Part shown: piece by piece, positions 16,882-24,095 of the stretch
Layout of the letters: every line of letters starts with the position of its first letter
Numbering within the stretch: position 1 is the first letter of the stretch
IMG/VR virus record: IMGVR_UViG_3300025159_000682
Coordinates: 1 to 27,490 of that record
DNA: 27,490 nt
Strand: one strand, 5' to 3'
From: a virus
Program-made: the position numbers and the translations under genes
Notes under the pieces: model-generated
Told to the model about the DNA's origin: nothing
Seen by the model: the letters and a program-made list of their open reading frames with translations, nothing else
Databases searched by the model: none

Positions 16882-17030
16882 GATCGCCACCACCTGCGCA
16901 CGATGCCGCCACAGCCGCGCAGGCAGAGTCCTCCCGGCCAACCATCGTGCCGGCCGACGACGCAGCGCGGGTCGCAGTAGCGGAGCCGGCCGAAGAGGTT
17001 CACCGCGGCGCCAAGCACGCGGCCGATCAT
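16878..17030 (-). CDS. 50-aa Cys/His micropeptide MIGRVLG...CDPRC..GRH....LCLRGC...WWRS
   Basis: ATGA overlaps at both ends. Confidence 0.55.
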   Translation of the reverse strand: MIGRVLGAAVNLFGRLRYCDPRCVVGRHDGWPGGLCLRGCGGIVRRWWRS

Positions 17031-17146
17031 GGCTGCACAAGAGCTGCGACGAGCGCAGCAATGGCAGACACCGTGCAGATCGTGATCCAGATCAAGAAGA
17101 ACCAGCTCCAATATGTCATGGTTTTTCCTTTCGCGGCGTCTGTCAT
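17027..17146 (-). CDS. Membrane micropeptide with two possible starts (39 aa from ATG17146; 30 aa from ATG17119)
   Basis: TGATG coupling at 17146 and AAAGGA RBS before 17119. Sequence MTDAAKGKT-MTYWSWFFLIWITICTVSAIAALVAALVQP. Confidence 0.6.
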   Translation of the reverse strand: MTDAAKGKTMTYWSWFFLIWITICTVSAIAALVAALVQP

Positions 17147-17391
17147 CAAGAATCCAGGTCGGCGATAGGCGGACTCTCCGCACGTCGCTCCATTACATCA
17201 GCGTACTCGCGCAGCATCCTTGCCACATCGGCACGCTCGCCGTTGGAGACGTGCGTCAAGAAGCCAGGCTCCCAGGTGAAAAGCATCACGCAGAAGCCGA
17301 CGCGCCCGCGCAGATCGGTCTCATTGACCCCAGCACCGATCCACGTAGTCATGCTCCACTTCGCAGTAGTCACGCTCCACTTCGCACTCAT
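17146..17391 (-). CDS. Hypothetical phage protein, 81 aa
   Basis: GGAG RBS and ATGA overlap. Motif GFCVMLF......HVSNGERADV..ML.E resembles a common small phage family (from memory). Confidence 0.65.
   Translation of the reverse strand: MSAKWSVTTAKWSMTTWIGAGVNETDLRGRVGFCVMLFTWEPGFLTHVSNGERADVARMLREYADVMERRAESPPIADLDS
17345..17386. repeat. 21-bp tandem duplication (1 mismatch) giving AKWSVTT-AKWSMTT
   Basis: GTAGTCATGCTCCACTTCGCA / GTAGTCACGCTCCACTTCGCA. Confidence 0.9.
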
Positions 17392-17564
17392 GGCTCCAGC
17401 CCCGCTTCGTAGCGGCGGTACTCGGCGACACGGAACTTCTCTGCGCCCAGCGCGCAGTGGATGCTGATGCGCTTCTCGTCTTCGGTGTTGCAACGAGAAG
17501 GGAAACACCGGCTCATCGGGTACCAATGCTCAAGACTGCCGTACTGCATCCTTTCTAGGCTCAT
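17388..17564 (-). CDS. 58-aa hypothetical protein MSLERMQYG...YEAGLEP (below the ORF-track cutoff)
   Basis: GAGGAG RBS; the stop overlaps the next ATG (ATGA). Confidence 0.55.
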   Translation of the reverse strand: MSLERMQYGSLEHWYPMSRCFPSRCNTEDEKRISIHCALGAEKFRVAEYRRYEAGLEP

Positions 17565-17570
17565 GCCTCA

Positions 17571-17855
17571 TCACTCCTCTAAGCCCGCAAGCTGCCGGCG
17601 CAGGCGAACTATTTGGTCCAGGCTCGGAACTGGGTTGCTCGCTGCGCTTCGATTCCCCACTCCATCCTCCACGACGGCAGTATAAATAGCGCCTGGTGTC
17701 CTTTGAATGGTCCACAAGGTAAGCCCATTAGGGACCTCAGGAGCACAGCCCACCTCTACGCCATCTTTCAACAAGCACACGCGAGCCACATCCGCATCGG
17801 CCGGAGCAATGGTCACACAAGTCAAGATAGATGCCAGCAAAACTGGCGCCATCAT
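17571..17855 (-). CDS. Putative exported small Ig/FN3-like protein with C-terminal helix, 94 aa
   Basis: Hydrophobic N-terminus ending A-D-A. YTAVVEDGVGNRSAASNP resembles an FN3/Ig terminal strand motif. Directly follows the endolysin. Confidence 0.5.
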   Translation of the reverse strand: MMAPVLLASILTCVTIAPADADVARVCLLKDGVEVGCAPEVPNGLTLWTIQRTPGAIYTAVVEDGVGNRSAASNPVPSLDQIVRLRRQLAGLEE

Positions 17856-17856
17856 G

Positions 17857-18216
17857 TCATTTCACTCCCTGATGTTCGACAGAAAAGTGTCGGCCATCAG
17901 GTCTGTTTATAAAATCTCCACCCCATCGACACAGCGGGTGTTGAGCCTTCCACCATTCCCCGAGTTTGACATAATCGTCGGAATTTTGCAACCACCTTTC
18001 ATCCTCGTACAGATCTAAATCAATTGCGAGCCTTAGAGTATGAAGGCTCTTGGCAATACCAACTCCTGCAGCAGCATTCGCATCAGCCTCCGCTTGGCTG
18101 CGGCCCACTTGATCTATGGCACACTCGTAACCGAATTCAAAGGCTTTCAGGACTAATCTTGCGGCCATGTTGCTAAACATCACCCGTTTCTGGCGCAGCG
18201 TTAGCGGCATCTTCAT
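17857..18216 (-). CDS. Endolysin, peptidase M15 family (Zn peptidoglycan peptidase)
   Basis: SLH...LAIDL and WGGDF....DG.HF motifs. Start is ATG18216 or ATG18210. Confidence 0.9.
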   Translation of the reverse strand: MKMPLTLRQKRVMFSNMAARLVLKAFEFGYECAIDQVGRSQAEADANAAAGVGIAKSLHTLRLAIDLDLYEDERWLQNSDDYVKLGEWWKAQHPLCRWGGDFINRPDGRHFSVEHQGVK

Positions 18217-18433
18217 CTCCCCTCACCTTCTTGATGATCCACACCTCATTCTTGTCGCGGGGCGAGATTCTCAACATGAGATCTTTGAACTCCGTGCGGG
18301 TCTGTCTCACAACGTAGAGTTTGCGCCGAAGTGCATCTCCATTGTTACACTTGACACGCTTTCCCCACTTTGCAGCAAGCGCCTCTTCGAGTAAGCGCTC
18401 AAGTTCCCTACTAGAGGCATTGATGTAGGGCAC
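18173..18433 (-). CDS. Basic hypothetical protein, 86 aa, probable paralogue of 21863-22186
   Basis: GTG18433 overlaps the upstream TAG (TAGTG). Motif LLEEALAAKWGKRV...DALRRKLYVVR. Confidence 0.65.
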   Translation of the reverse strand: MPYINASSRELERLLEEALAAKWGKRVKCNNGDALRRKLYVVRQTRTEFKDLMLRISPRDKNEVWIIKKVRGDEDAANAAPETGDV

Positions 18434-18915
18434 TAATTCAATTCTTTCGCGAGGATGTGGGCCGACAAAGAAGTGGCGGCGGTCGGGTGCACTACCCCGA
18501 AGATTTGGCCAGGCTGCAAGACAATCCCGGTGTTTGCCCATAGAGAGGAGGCGGGCCCGATGAGCAAATCGCTTACAGCAATGTCGGCCACTGGAATGTC
18601 GTAGCGCCCAATATAAAACGATGGATTTCCAAGCATCTGCACGTTCACTCCACCAATGCCAGCTCCGAATACCCCGTTTCCTCCTTCCCCTACACCTCCC
18701 CAATTGAAAACGTTAGCCTGGTTGGCCAAATCGGAATTTGCAAAAATGAGGCGCGGAGCGCCACTAGTTTCGTTTTGGAAGTTGAGAATATACACTGGGC
18801 GCTTTCGGGCCAAAATTCGTATAACTGAGCACCTAGCAGCGACGGCTGTATAGACTATTCTCGCTGCAGCAATGTGTCCCAAGGCAAACATGTGGTCAAA
18901 ACCTGACATTTTCAT
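18433..18915 (-). CDS. Hypothetical beta-rich protein, about 160 aa (possibly virion-associated)
   Basis: AAGGA RBS. Alternating hydrophobic strands, Gly-rich loop, C-terminal IVLQPGQIFGV...H..AKE. Confidence 0.6.
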   Translation of the reverse strand: MKMSGFDHMFALGHIAAARIVYTAVAARCSVIRILARKRPVYILNFQNETSGAPRLIFANSDLANQANVFNWGGVGEGGNGVFGAGIGGVNVQMLGNPSFYIGRYDIPVADIAVSDLLIGPASSLWANTGIVLQPGQIFGVVHPTAATSLSAHILAKELN

Positions 18916-18937
18916 TCTTCCTTATGGTTTGGTTACT

Positions 18938-20740
18938 TTACAAAGCGGTCCAGGTTGTACCGTCGCAGCGGCACAAGACCTCGAAAGCGCCTGTTGTGGT
19001 CGGATTGCAGTCGGTGGCGCTGTCACCGTCGCTGATGGAAAGAATCATCCCTTGATTACCTGACTCACAAGGCACGAGGGACAGATCCTCAAGAAGACCT
19101 CTGGGATAAACGGCGCCTTGATGCGCGACTCGAGATTGATTGCCTATGATTGTTTGCATCGCGAATGACTCGTTTGACCAGCAAAATCCGCTAAACCCGC
19201 CACCTGTGCCCGCATCCGCGACAGGCGTGCCACTGGTACTTGCGAGATCAAACAAGTTACCAGAAAAGATGTTGCGCATACCGTTGTTACCGGCAGCGTC
19301 TATTGGCGAGAGCGTAGCTGGATTGTCGAGCACGATTGGGCACAAAAATCCTCCACCCGTTTGCCCCTCAAAGTTTGCAGGTACCCAGCGGTGCCAGATA
19401 TTGTTGGCTATTACGTTGCCACTGTTGCAGTTGCCAGTACTGCCGTCTGGGTACTCACAAGTAACACCAGTGTTCGTGAAATTTATGCCCCGAGAGATGC
19501 AGTAGCTGCGATCGTCACAAGAGAATACGTTGTTGGCGATGTTAGCGAAGTTGTAGCCTTGTATTTCAATTTGCGTTCCACTACGGTCGCATGTTGCATC
19601 GCCGGTTCCGCTACCTGTGCAACAGTCAAATGGCTCATTGAGGGCCGTACAGCACATGTGGTTAGGGTTGGTAAGGATACAACCTCTCGCTGTCGTGCGG
19701 GCTCCGTTACCGATCCAGGTATTTCCGGTAAGCTGGAGGTATGCACCCGCCTCAAGATCTCTCTGCCCGCCGGCCATTGGCAGCAGCAAAACGCCCCAGA
19801 AATCTCCAGACAACCCTTTCATGGAGAAGGTGTTGTTGGTGGCGCGAACTCCATCGGCCAGATACTTTACGAACATTCCTTTAGTTGTGGGTCTAAGCGA
19901 AGGATCTTCCTCGGTTGGTGAAAAGATCATCGAACCAGAGACCCAACAGTCCTTGCAGAAATGAAACTCAAGACCTCTTCCAGATCCGGCCACCTTACAA
20001 TTGGTGAGCCAGACGCGGCGCGATGGGTAGTCTCCGCCATTGGTGACTCCCCTCCACTCATCACCGTTTACCCAAATGGCGCGGCAGATTTGGCCGTTGA
20101 TCTCTGAATAATCGCCGTGAAGATCGTCGCAGGTGATTTGACTAGTAATAATCTGAACATCTTCCGCCTCTTGAATCTTAAGGGTGGCGGTGAGGGCCTG
20201 ATCGTCACAGAGGTCTGTTGTTGGGTTGCACAGATCATGCATTGCTATAGTCATGTTGTGAAAGAGGATGTTGCTGGAAGGTACAGGCCCTCCAACAGCA
20301 TCATCATCCCGTCCGTAGACGCGAATCATAGACATTCTGAATGGCGTTGCGAAGTCCTTAGAATTGTAGCTCCACTCAAGTATCGTTCTGTCGTATCCTG
20401 CACCTGCGAAGAAGATATCTGATCGCTCAAAGATTTCAAAACATCCCTGATCTGTGCTCATCGTGCCTGGAGTACATGTGAAGGTGAAGGTGCCGGATGG
20501 AATCATCACGAGGCAGCCGTTAGTGCAGGTAGCGCTCGCAATCACCTCAGCCAAACCGCTCGTTGTTGAACTGGGATACTGGCTAGGAATGAGCGTTACG
20601 CGCTGGATGCTAGAGTTGTTGATGTATGACTCTAGCGTAACGCCAGAATCTAAGATGATGCGCTTGTCGTCTATGGTAATTTGTGCGCTGGCCAACTGCG
20701 CGAAGAGCGCAAAAATCCCAACCAACACTGCGATTCTCAT
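18938..20740 (-). CDS. Exported Cys-rich right-handed parallel beta-helix protein (pectate-lyase/tailspike-like), 600 aa
   Basis: ATG20740 with AAAGGA RBS. Sec-type signal MRIAVLVGIFALFAQLASA/Q. Beta-helix repeats (FAGAGYDRTIL, NILFHNMTI, NNTF, GNTW, NNVF, NNIW, GNLF). About 27 Cys by my count. Confidence 0.75.
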   Translation of the reverse strand: MRIAVLVGIFALFAQLASAQITIDDKRIILDSGVTLESYINNSSIQRVTLIPSQYPSSTTSGLAEVIASATCTNGCLVMIPSGTFTFTCTPGTMSTDQGCFEIFERSDIFFAGAGYDRTILEWSYNSKDFATPFRMSMIRVYGRDDDAVGGPVPSSNILFHNMTIAMHDLCNPTTDLCDDQALTATLKIQEAEDVQIITSQITCDDLHGDYSEINGQICRAIWVNGDEWRGVTNGGDYPSRRVWLTNCKVAGSGRGLEFHFCKDCWVSGSMIFSPTEEDPSLRPTTKGMFVKYLADGVRATNNTFSMKGLSGDFWGVLLLPMAGGQRDLEAGAYLQLTGNTWIGNGARTTARGCILTNPNHMCCTALNEPFDCCTGSGTGDATCDRSGTQIEIQGYNFANIANNVFSCDDRSYCISRGINFTNTGVTCEYPDGSTGNCNSGNVIANNIWHRWVPANFEGQTGGGFLCPIVLDNPATLSPIDAAGNNGMRNIFSGNLFDLASTSGTPVADAGTGGGFSGFCWSNESFAMQTIIGNQSRVAHQGAVYPRGLLEDLSLVPCESGNQGMILSISDGDSATDCNPTTTGAFEVLCRCDGTTWTAL

Positions 20741-20757
20741 GAAAAAGTTTCCTTTCT

Positions 20758-20973
20758 TTAGGGCTGAAATGGCTCGCCGGTGCAGCCACCACAACCGGCC
20801 GGGTAGGCCGTACACGAGTCTTGAGGGTTGCAGCAAACGTCACCGATGCTGTTGCGACAGCAACAAAGGGGTTGCTCGGGGTCACCAGGATTTCTGCTAG
20901 TAGCTGATATGATTATATAGGCCGAGATGATCCAAACGGAGATAAGAAGGCTGTAAAGTAGAGACGATTTCAT
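20758..20973 (-). CDS. 71-aa signal/anchor peptide with an 8-Cys C-terminal domain
   Basis: AGAGGG RBS. Hydrophobic residues 5-24, then CCC..CC..C..C..C. Ends 17 nt before the beta-helix ATG. Confidence 0.6.
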   Translation of the reverse strand: MKSSLLYSLLISVWIISAYIIISATSRNPGDPEQPLCCCRNSIGDVCCNPQDSCTAYPAGCGGCTGEPFQP

Positions 20974-21030
20974 CGGTGAATCCCTCTAAAAAATTTCGGC
21001 CGCCCGCTCATCCATTTGGGGCTGGACTTT

Positions 21031-21094
21031 TGAAGAAAAAGCTCGGCCACAGAGGGTGAGTGCCGCATCGTAAGATGCTCCTCTGTGGCCGAGC
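21031..21094 (-). terminator. Long hairpin with U tract (second of a tandem pair)
   Basis: Perfect 15-bp stem 21041-21055 / 21080-21094, apical GCATC-N4-GATGC hairpin, followed on the - strand by TTTTTCTTC. Confidence 0.75.
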
Positions 21095-21102
21095 AGTTTG
21101 GG

Positions 21103-21154
21103 AAAAAAGACCGTTTGGCTCCCGCGGGTTATCGAAGCCTTCGGGGGAACGGTC
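21103..21154 (-). terminator. Compound hairpin with U6 tract (first of a tandem pair)
   Basis: GACCGTT...AACGGTC closing stem with internal pairing, followed on the - strand by TTTTTT. Confidence 0.6.
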
Positions 21155-21199
21155 GGCTCCCCGCTCAATTCCTTCGGTCAGCTCCCCGCTCAATTCCTT
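21150..21199. repeat. 25-bp tandem direct repeat (1 mismatch) right after a stop codon
   Basis: CGGTCGGCTCCCCGCTCAATTCCTT / CGGTCAGCTCCCCGCTCAATTCCTT. Confidence 0.9.
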
Positions 21200-21692
21200 A
21201 GGCGACGGTGCTCTTCATGAAGTCCTTCGCGGCGGCATTCTTCGCCTTGACGATGGTCTCGGCGCGAGCGCGGAGGGACGGGTTCTTCTCGAGGATCTCG
21301 CGCGCGACGGATGCGAGGCGCTCGTTGTCAATGTCCTTGGTCTTGACACCTTGCTGGCGCAGCGCCTTCTTCGCCAGCATCTTGGCGAGGGTGATGGCTT
21401 GAGTCTCGATTGGATCGGCCGACTTGAACCCACCCACGCGAACCCCAAAGTCGTAGCTGATGACGTACTCGTCGAGCTCCTTTTGGAGAACCTGGGGATC
21501 GGCGTTGCCCTTCTCGATCGCCTCCTCGATGACCTTGCGGAAGTTGTTCGAGAGATTCTCGCGGTAGGTCTGGTTCAGCACGTCTGCGTCGTTCTGGCGC
21601 AGACGGTAGCCATCGTAGAAGGGAAGAGAGAATTTCAGAGACACTCCCTTGATAGTGAGCTCACCGACCGGGGCGTCCTGTTGGATTTCCAT
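21198..21692 (-). CDS. Hypothetical protein, 164 aa, with its own promoter and terminators
   Basis: AGGAG RBS, GC3-rich codons, Lys/Ala-rich C-terminal helices. Confidence 0.8.
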   Translation of the reverse strand: MEIQQDAPVGELTIKGVSLKFSLPFYDGYRLRQNDADVLNQTYRENLSNNFRKVIEEAIEKGNADPQVLQKELDEYVISYDFGVRVGGFKSADPIETQAITLAKMLAKKALRQQGVKTKDIDNERLASVAREILEKNPSLRARAETIVKAKNAAAKDFMKSTVA

Positions 21693-21751
21693 GACATAGG
21701 CTCCTTTTTGGGGTTGGGTATGGCGCGTTGCGCGCCGTGGGAACGGTTGAG

Positions 21752-21780
21752 ATCATTGCACGGCGGAAATGGAATTGCAA
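21752..21780 (-). promoter_or_regulatory. sigma70-type promoter
   Basis: TTGCAA (21780-21775), 17 nt, AATGAT (21757-21752), in an intergenic region upstream of 21692. Confidence 0.55.
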
Positions 21781-21829
21781 GCCCTCGGTATGGCAGGTTT
21801 TAGCGAAACACGCCATACAACAGGGTTGA

Positions 21830-21885
21830 TTCACTTGATTTCCTCTTCACTCGATTTCCTCTTCACTCGATTTCCTCTACACTCG
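21830..21885. repeat. 16-bp tandem repeat, 3 copies plus a partial copy, spanning a stop codon
   Basis: TTCACT(T/C)GATTTCCTC at 21830, 21846 and 21862, then TACACTCG. Confidence 0.9.
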
Positions 21886-22186
21886 TTGCACCGTGAGGCT
21901 TGTCGGCTTTATATACCTCGACAAACCAGATGTTGGGTTGCGCGCCTGTTGACGAAGTGAAGACGGTGATATAGTCGTAGGGCGATTTCCCACGCAAGGG
22001 GTCGCCGAACGGGCGAGTCTTCCGTGTTTGCTCGCGATCCCTCAGTCGCGCCGCATAAATACGCTGCCGAAACTGCTTCGCCTCCCTCTCTGAACTGAAG
22101 AAGACCCGAACGCCTTTAGGGCTCTCAAGCGCTCGATCAAGAATTGCCTTTGCATCAGCGAGCGACTCGGCCGGTGGTCTACCCAT
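21863..22186 (-). CDS. Basic hypothetical protein, 107 aa, possibly nucleic-acid binding
   Basis: 8-nt overlap with the upstream gene. Motif ILDRALESPKGVRV...AKQFRQRIYAAR. Confidence 0.75.
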   Translation of the reverse strand: MGRPPAESLADAKAILDRALESPKGVRVFFSSEREAKQFRQRIYAARLRDREQTRKTRPFGDPLRGKSPYDYITVFTSSTGAQPNIWFVEVYKADKPHGATSVEEIE

Positions 22187-22406
22187 TTTTCGATCCTCCC
22201 ACAGCTGCAGCTGCGTCTAGCGCCGAACGAAATCGGCTTGACCACTTGCGCTGGTCTGCTGGTTCAGCTCCGTACTCTTTGGCAAAAACCTCTCTCGACT
22301 CCTTGCCGCCTTCGCCGTGGAAGATCCCTTGACACCAGCAGTCACAATCTGGACCCTTAGCGTAGTGACAGGCATCGCCACAAACTCTGATCTTGGACTT
22401 GCTCAT
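22179..22406 (-). CDS. Small Cys/His metal-binding protein, 75 aa
   Basis: C...C..AKG..CDCWCQG.FHG motif; ATGA overlap with the helicase stop. Confidence 0.7.
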   Translation of the reverse strand: MSKSKIRVCGDACHYAKGPDCDCWCQGIFHGEGGKESREVFAKEYGAEPADQRKWSSRFRSALDAAAAVGGSKNG

Positions 22407-23884
22407 GAGATCCTCCCCGTCGTGTAGATGTACCGCAAATCTTTGCGGGCTCGCGTGATTGCGACGTAGCGTAGGTTGGATTCCTGTTGAATCTGCTCAG
22501 GGCTTGTGGCGTAGCGCGAGGGGATCAAGAACTCATCGAGGAAATGTACCGTATCCCACTCAAGGCCCTTAGCCTTATGAATCGAACTCAAGGTGACGCG
22601 ACCAACAGGGTTATCCTCGAAGAGACGCTCGATACCTTCGCAGATTTGCTCCACCTTAGCCGTCTGGGTCAAACCCCCAATCAAGGCTCGGATAGATTCG
22701 ACCTTATCCTCAAGCATGGTGAGTTGCTGCTCTTTGTCGCGCCCCCCACCGAGGTAGTTGGACTGGTTGACGTAGTAGATATCCAGGGCGTCGAGGACCA
22801 AATCCCGACTCGCCCCCTTCGGCACCTTGAGCTTCTTGATCAGCGTCGTGAGACCTTTTCCAATGTCGCGGCCCCTGACCTGAACGGCGATACCAGCACG
22901 GATGAATGAGAAGGCTGTACGAATCAAAGGGGCCACGTTGCGGCAGAGAATAGATGAACCGGCCGGCAAGTCCTTAGGGCTCCAGGATGCTTGCCTCTCA
23001 ACTGAGCCCTCGATCGCGTCCTTTGCCCAGCGGATGGCGGGGACGATGCGCTGCGCCTCACGAATCACTTCCTTGGAGCAACGAAAGCAAATCGTGAGAG
23101 GAAGCTCGTGTGCATCCCAGGTCGTCTTGATCTTGTCGATACTTGTGTAGTCGCCGCCCCTGAAGGCATAGATGGCTTGATGCCGGTCCCCTACGGCAAT
23201 GATCCGGCCCCCTACCATGTGGTACAGCGCTCCCCTATTCATGGCGCTCACGTCTTGAGCCTCGTCGACGAATACAGTGTCGAACGTGGGAAGGTACTCG
23301 GGAAAGAAGATTGCCGAAAGGTAGATCTGGTCGTCGAAGTCTATGAAGCCCGACTTCAATCCGACCTTCGTACTGAGACGAAGGAGGTCCCGAGCCACGT
23401 TGACATCTCCGTCACGAATGTAGAGGTTGTGCATTTCGGCGAGCTGGGTCCACTCCCCAACTTCGTCTGGGACCAGCGAAAGATCTGGGTAGTCGGGAAC
23501 GATGCCATAAGCCTTGGCGAGACCAACCAGCCGCACCACATCAGGATAGTCGTCGAACTCGAGCCTCATCGTGTCCTCGAGGAGCTTTCGGCACTTGTAA
23601 GCCTTCACGTCCAGCTTGCGAGGAATTCCCTTCATGCAGGCTCGATGACAAAAGGCATTGATTGTGCGAGACTCGCAGTTGAACGGAAGTTTGTCTCCGA
23701 GCGTTTTGGCAATGTCCTTGTTGAAGGCACAGGCCGCGATGGTTTCGAGGCTCGGTAGCTCGTTGGCAGTGACTACCATCGTAGAGGTTTTGCCTGTACC
23801 TGCCAAAGCATTCTGGACAAGCGACACGTTGGGGTGGGACTTGACGAATTGGACAATCTCGTTTTGCTCATCAGTGAGCTGCAT
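22403..23884 (-). CDS. UvrD/Rep-family SF1A DNA helicase, 493 aa
   Basis: ATG23884. ALAGTGKT, FVDEAQD, VGDRHQAIYAFRG, LTICFRCS, SIHKAKGLEWD, YVAITRAR. Confidence 0.95.
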   Translation of the reverse strand: MQLTDEQNEIVQFVKSHPNVSLVQNALAGTGKTSTMVVTANELPSLETIAACAFNKDIAKTLGDKLPFNCESRTINAFCHRACMKGIPRKLDVKAYKCRKLLEDTMRLEFDDYPDVVRLVGLAKAYGIVPDYPDLSLVPDEVGEWTQLAEMHNLYIRDGDVNVARDLLRLSTKVGLKSGFIDFDDQIYLSAIFFPEYLPTFDTVFVDEAQDVSAMNRGALYHMVGGRIIAVGDRHQAIYAFRGGDYTSIDKIKTTWDAHELPLTICFRCSKEVIREAQRIVPAIRWAKDAIEGSVERQASWSPKDLPAGSSILCRNVAPLIRTAFSFIRAGIAVQVRGRDIGKGLTTLIKKLKVPKGASRDLVLDALDIYYVNQSNYLGGGRDKEQQLTMLEDKVESIRALIGGLTQTAKVEQICEGIERLFEDNPVGRVTLSSIHKAKGLEWDTVHFLDEFLIPSRYATSPEQIQQESNLRYVAITRARKDLRYIYTTGRIS

Positions 23885-24095
23885 TTTGTTGCCTTTCTCT
23901 ACGCAGGAGGTTCCAAAATTTTCCGGAGCAGGCAGTTGAACAAAACTGGCTGCGTTCCGGGCGCTTGGTCCTGTATGATCGGCCGCACTCGAGGCATGGT
24001 CCAAAGGATCTGACGGGTTTTGTGTAGTACCATGGCCGGCTGGGGCCTGTAAAGAACTGCCGGCCTGGCCCGGTGTAGTACTTAGAAGTCGCCAT
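23871..24095 (-). CDS. Small zinc-finger protein, 74 aa
   Basis: GAGGTG RBS before ATG24095. CLECG...FCSTAC motif; N-terminal (Y/F)(Y/F)T(G/K)P repeats. Confidence 0.65.
   Translation of the reverse strand: MATSKYYTGPGRQFFTGPSRPWYYTKPVRSFGPCLECGRSYRTKRPERSQFCSTACSGKFWNLLRRERQQNAAH

Noticed and set aside
17817-17855. Lipobox / o-spanin in the 94-aa protein
   Set aside because: ILTC does not fit [LVI][ASTVI][GAS]C and there is no adjacent i-spanin; an A-D-A signal peptidase I site fits better.
18210-18915. Met-Lys-Met dual starts (18915 and 18216) as lambda-S-type holin motifs
   Set aside because: Neither protein has a transmembrane segment; one is a soluble M15 peptidase. This is only start-site ambiguity.
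20995-21022. Hammerhead-like ...GATGA...GAAA on the - strand
   Set aside because: The core reads UGGAUGA rather than CUGANGA, and stems II and III do not form.
21060-21803. 247-aa + strand ORF, and similar long antisense ORFs (9442-10233, 13529-14134, 14249-14833, 22487-22909, 23108-23758, 26842-27441)
   Set aside because: They are shadows of well-supported - strand genes with biased codons; no RBS or recognisable motif.
21661-21834. 57-aa ORF MNQPCCMACFAKTCH... starting in the last 16-bp repeat
   Set aside because: Runs across a hairpin, a promoter and the next gene's RBS and start; more simply explained as intergenic.
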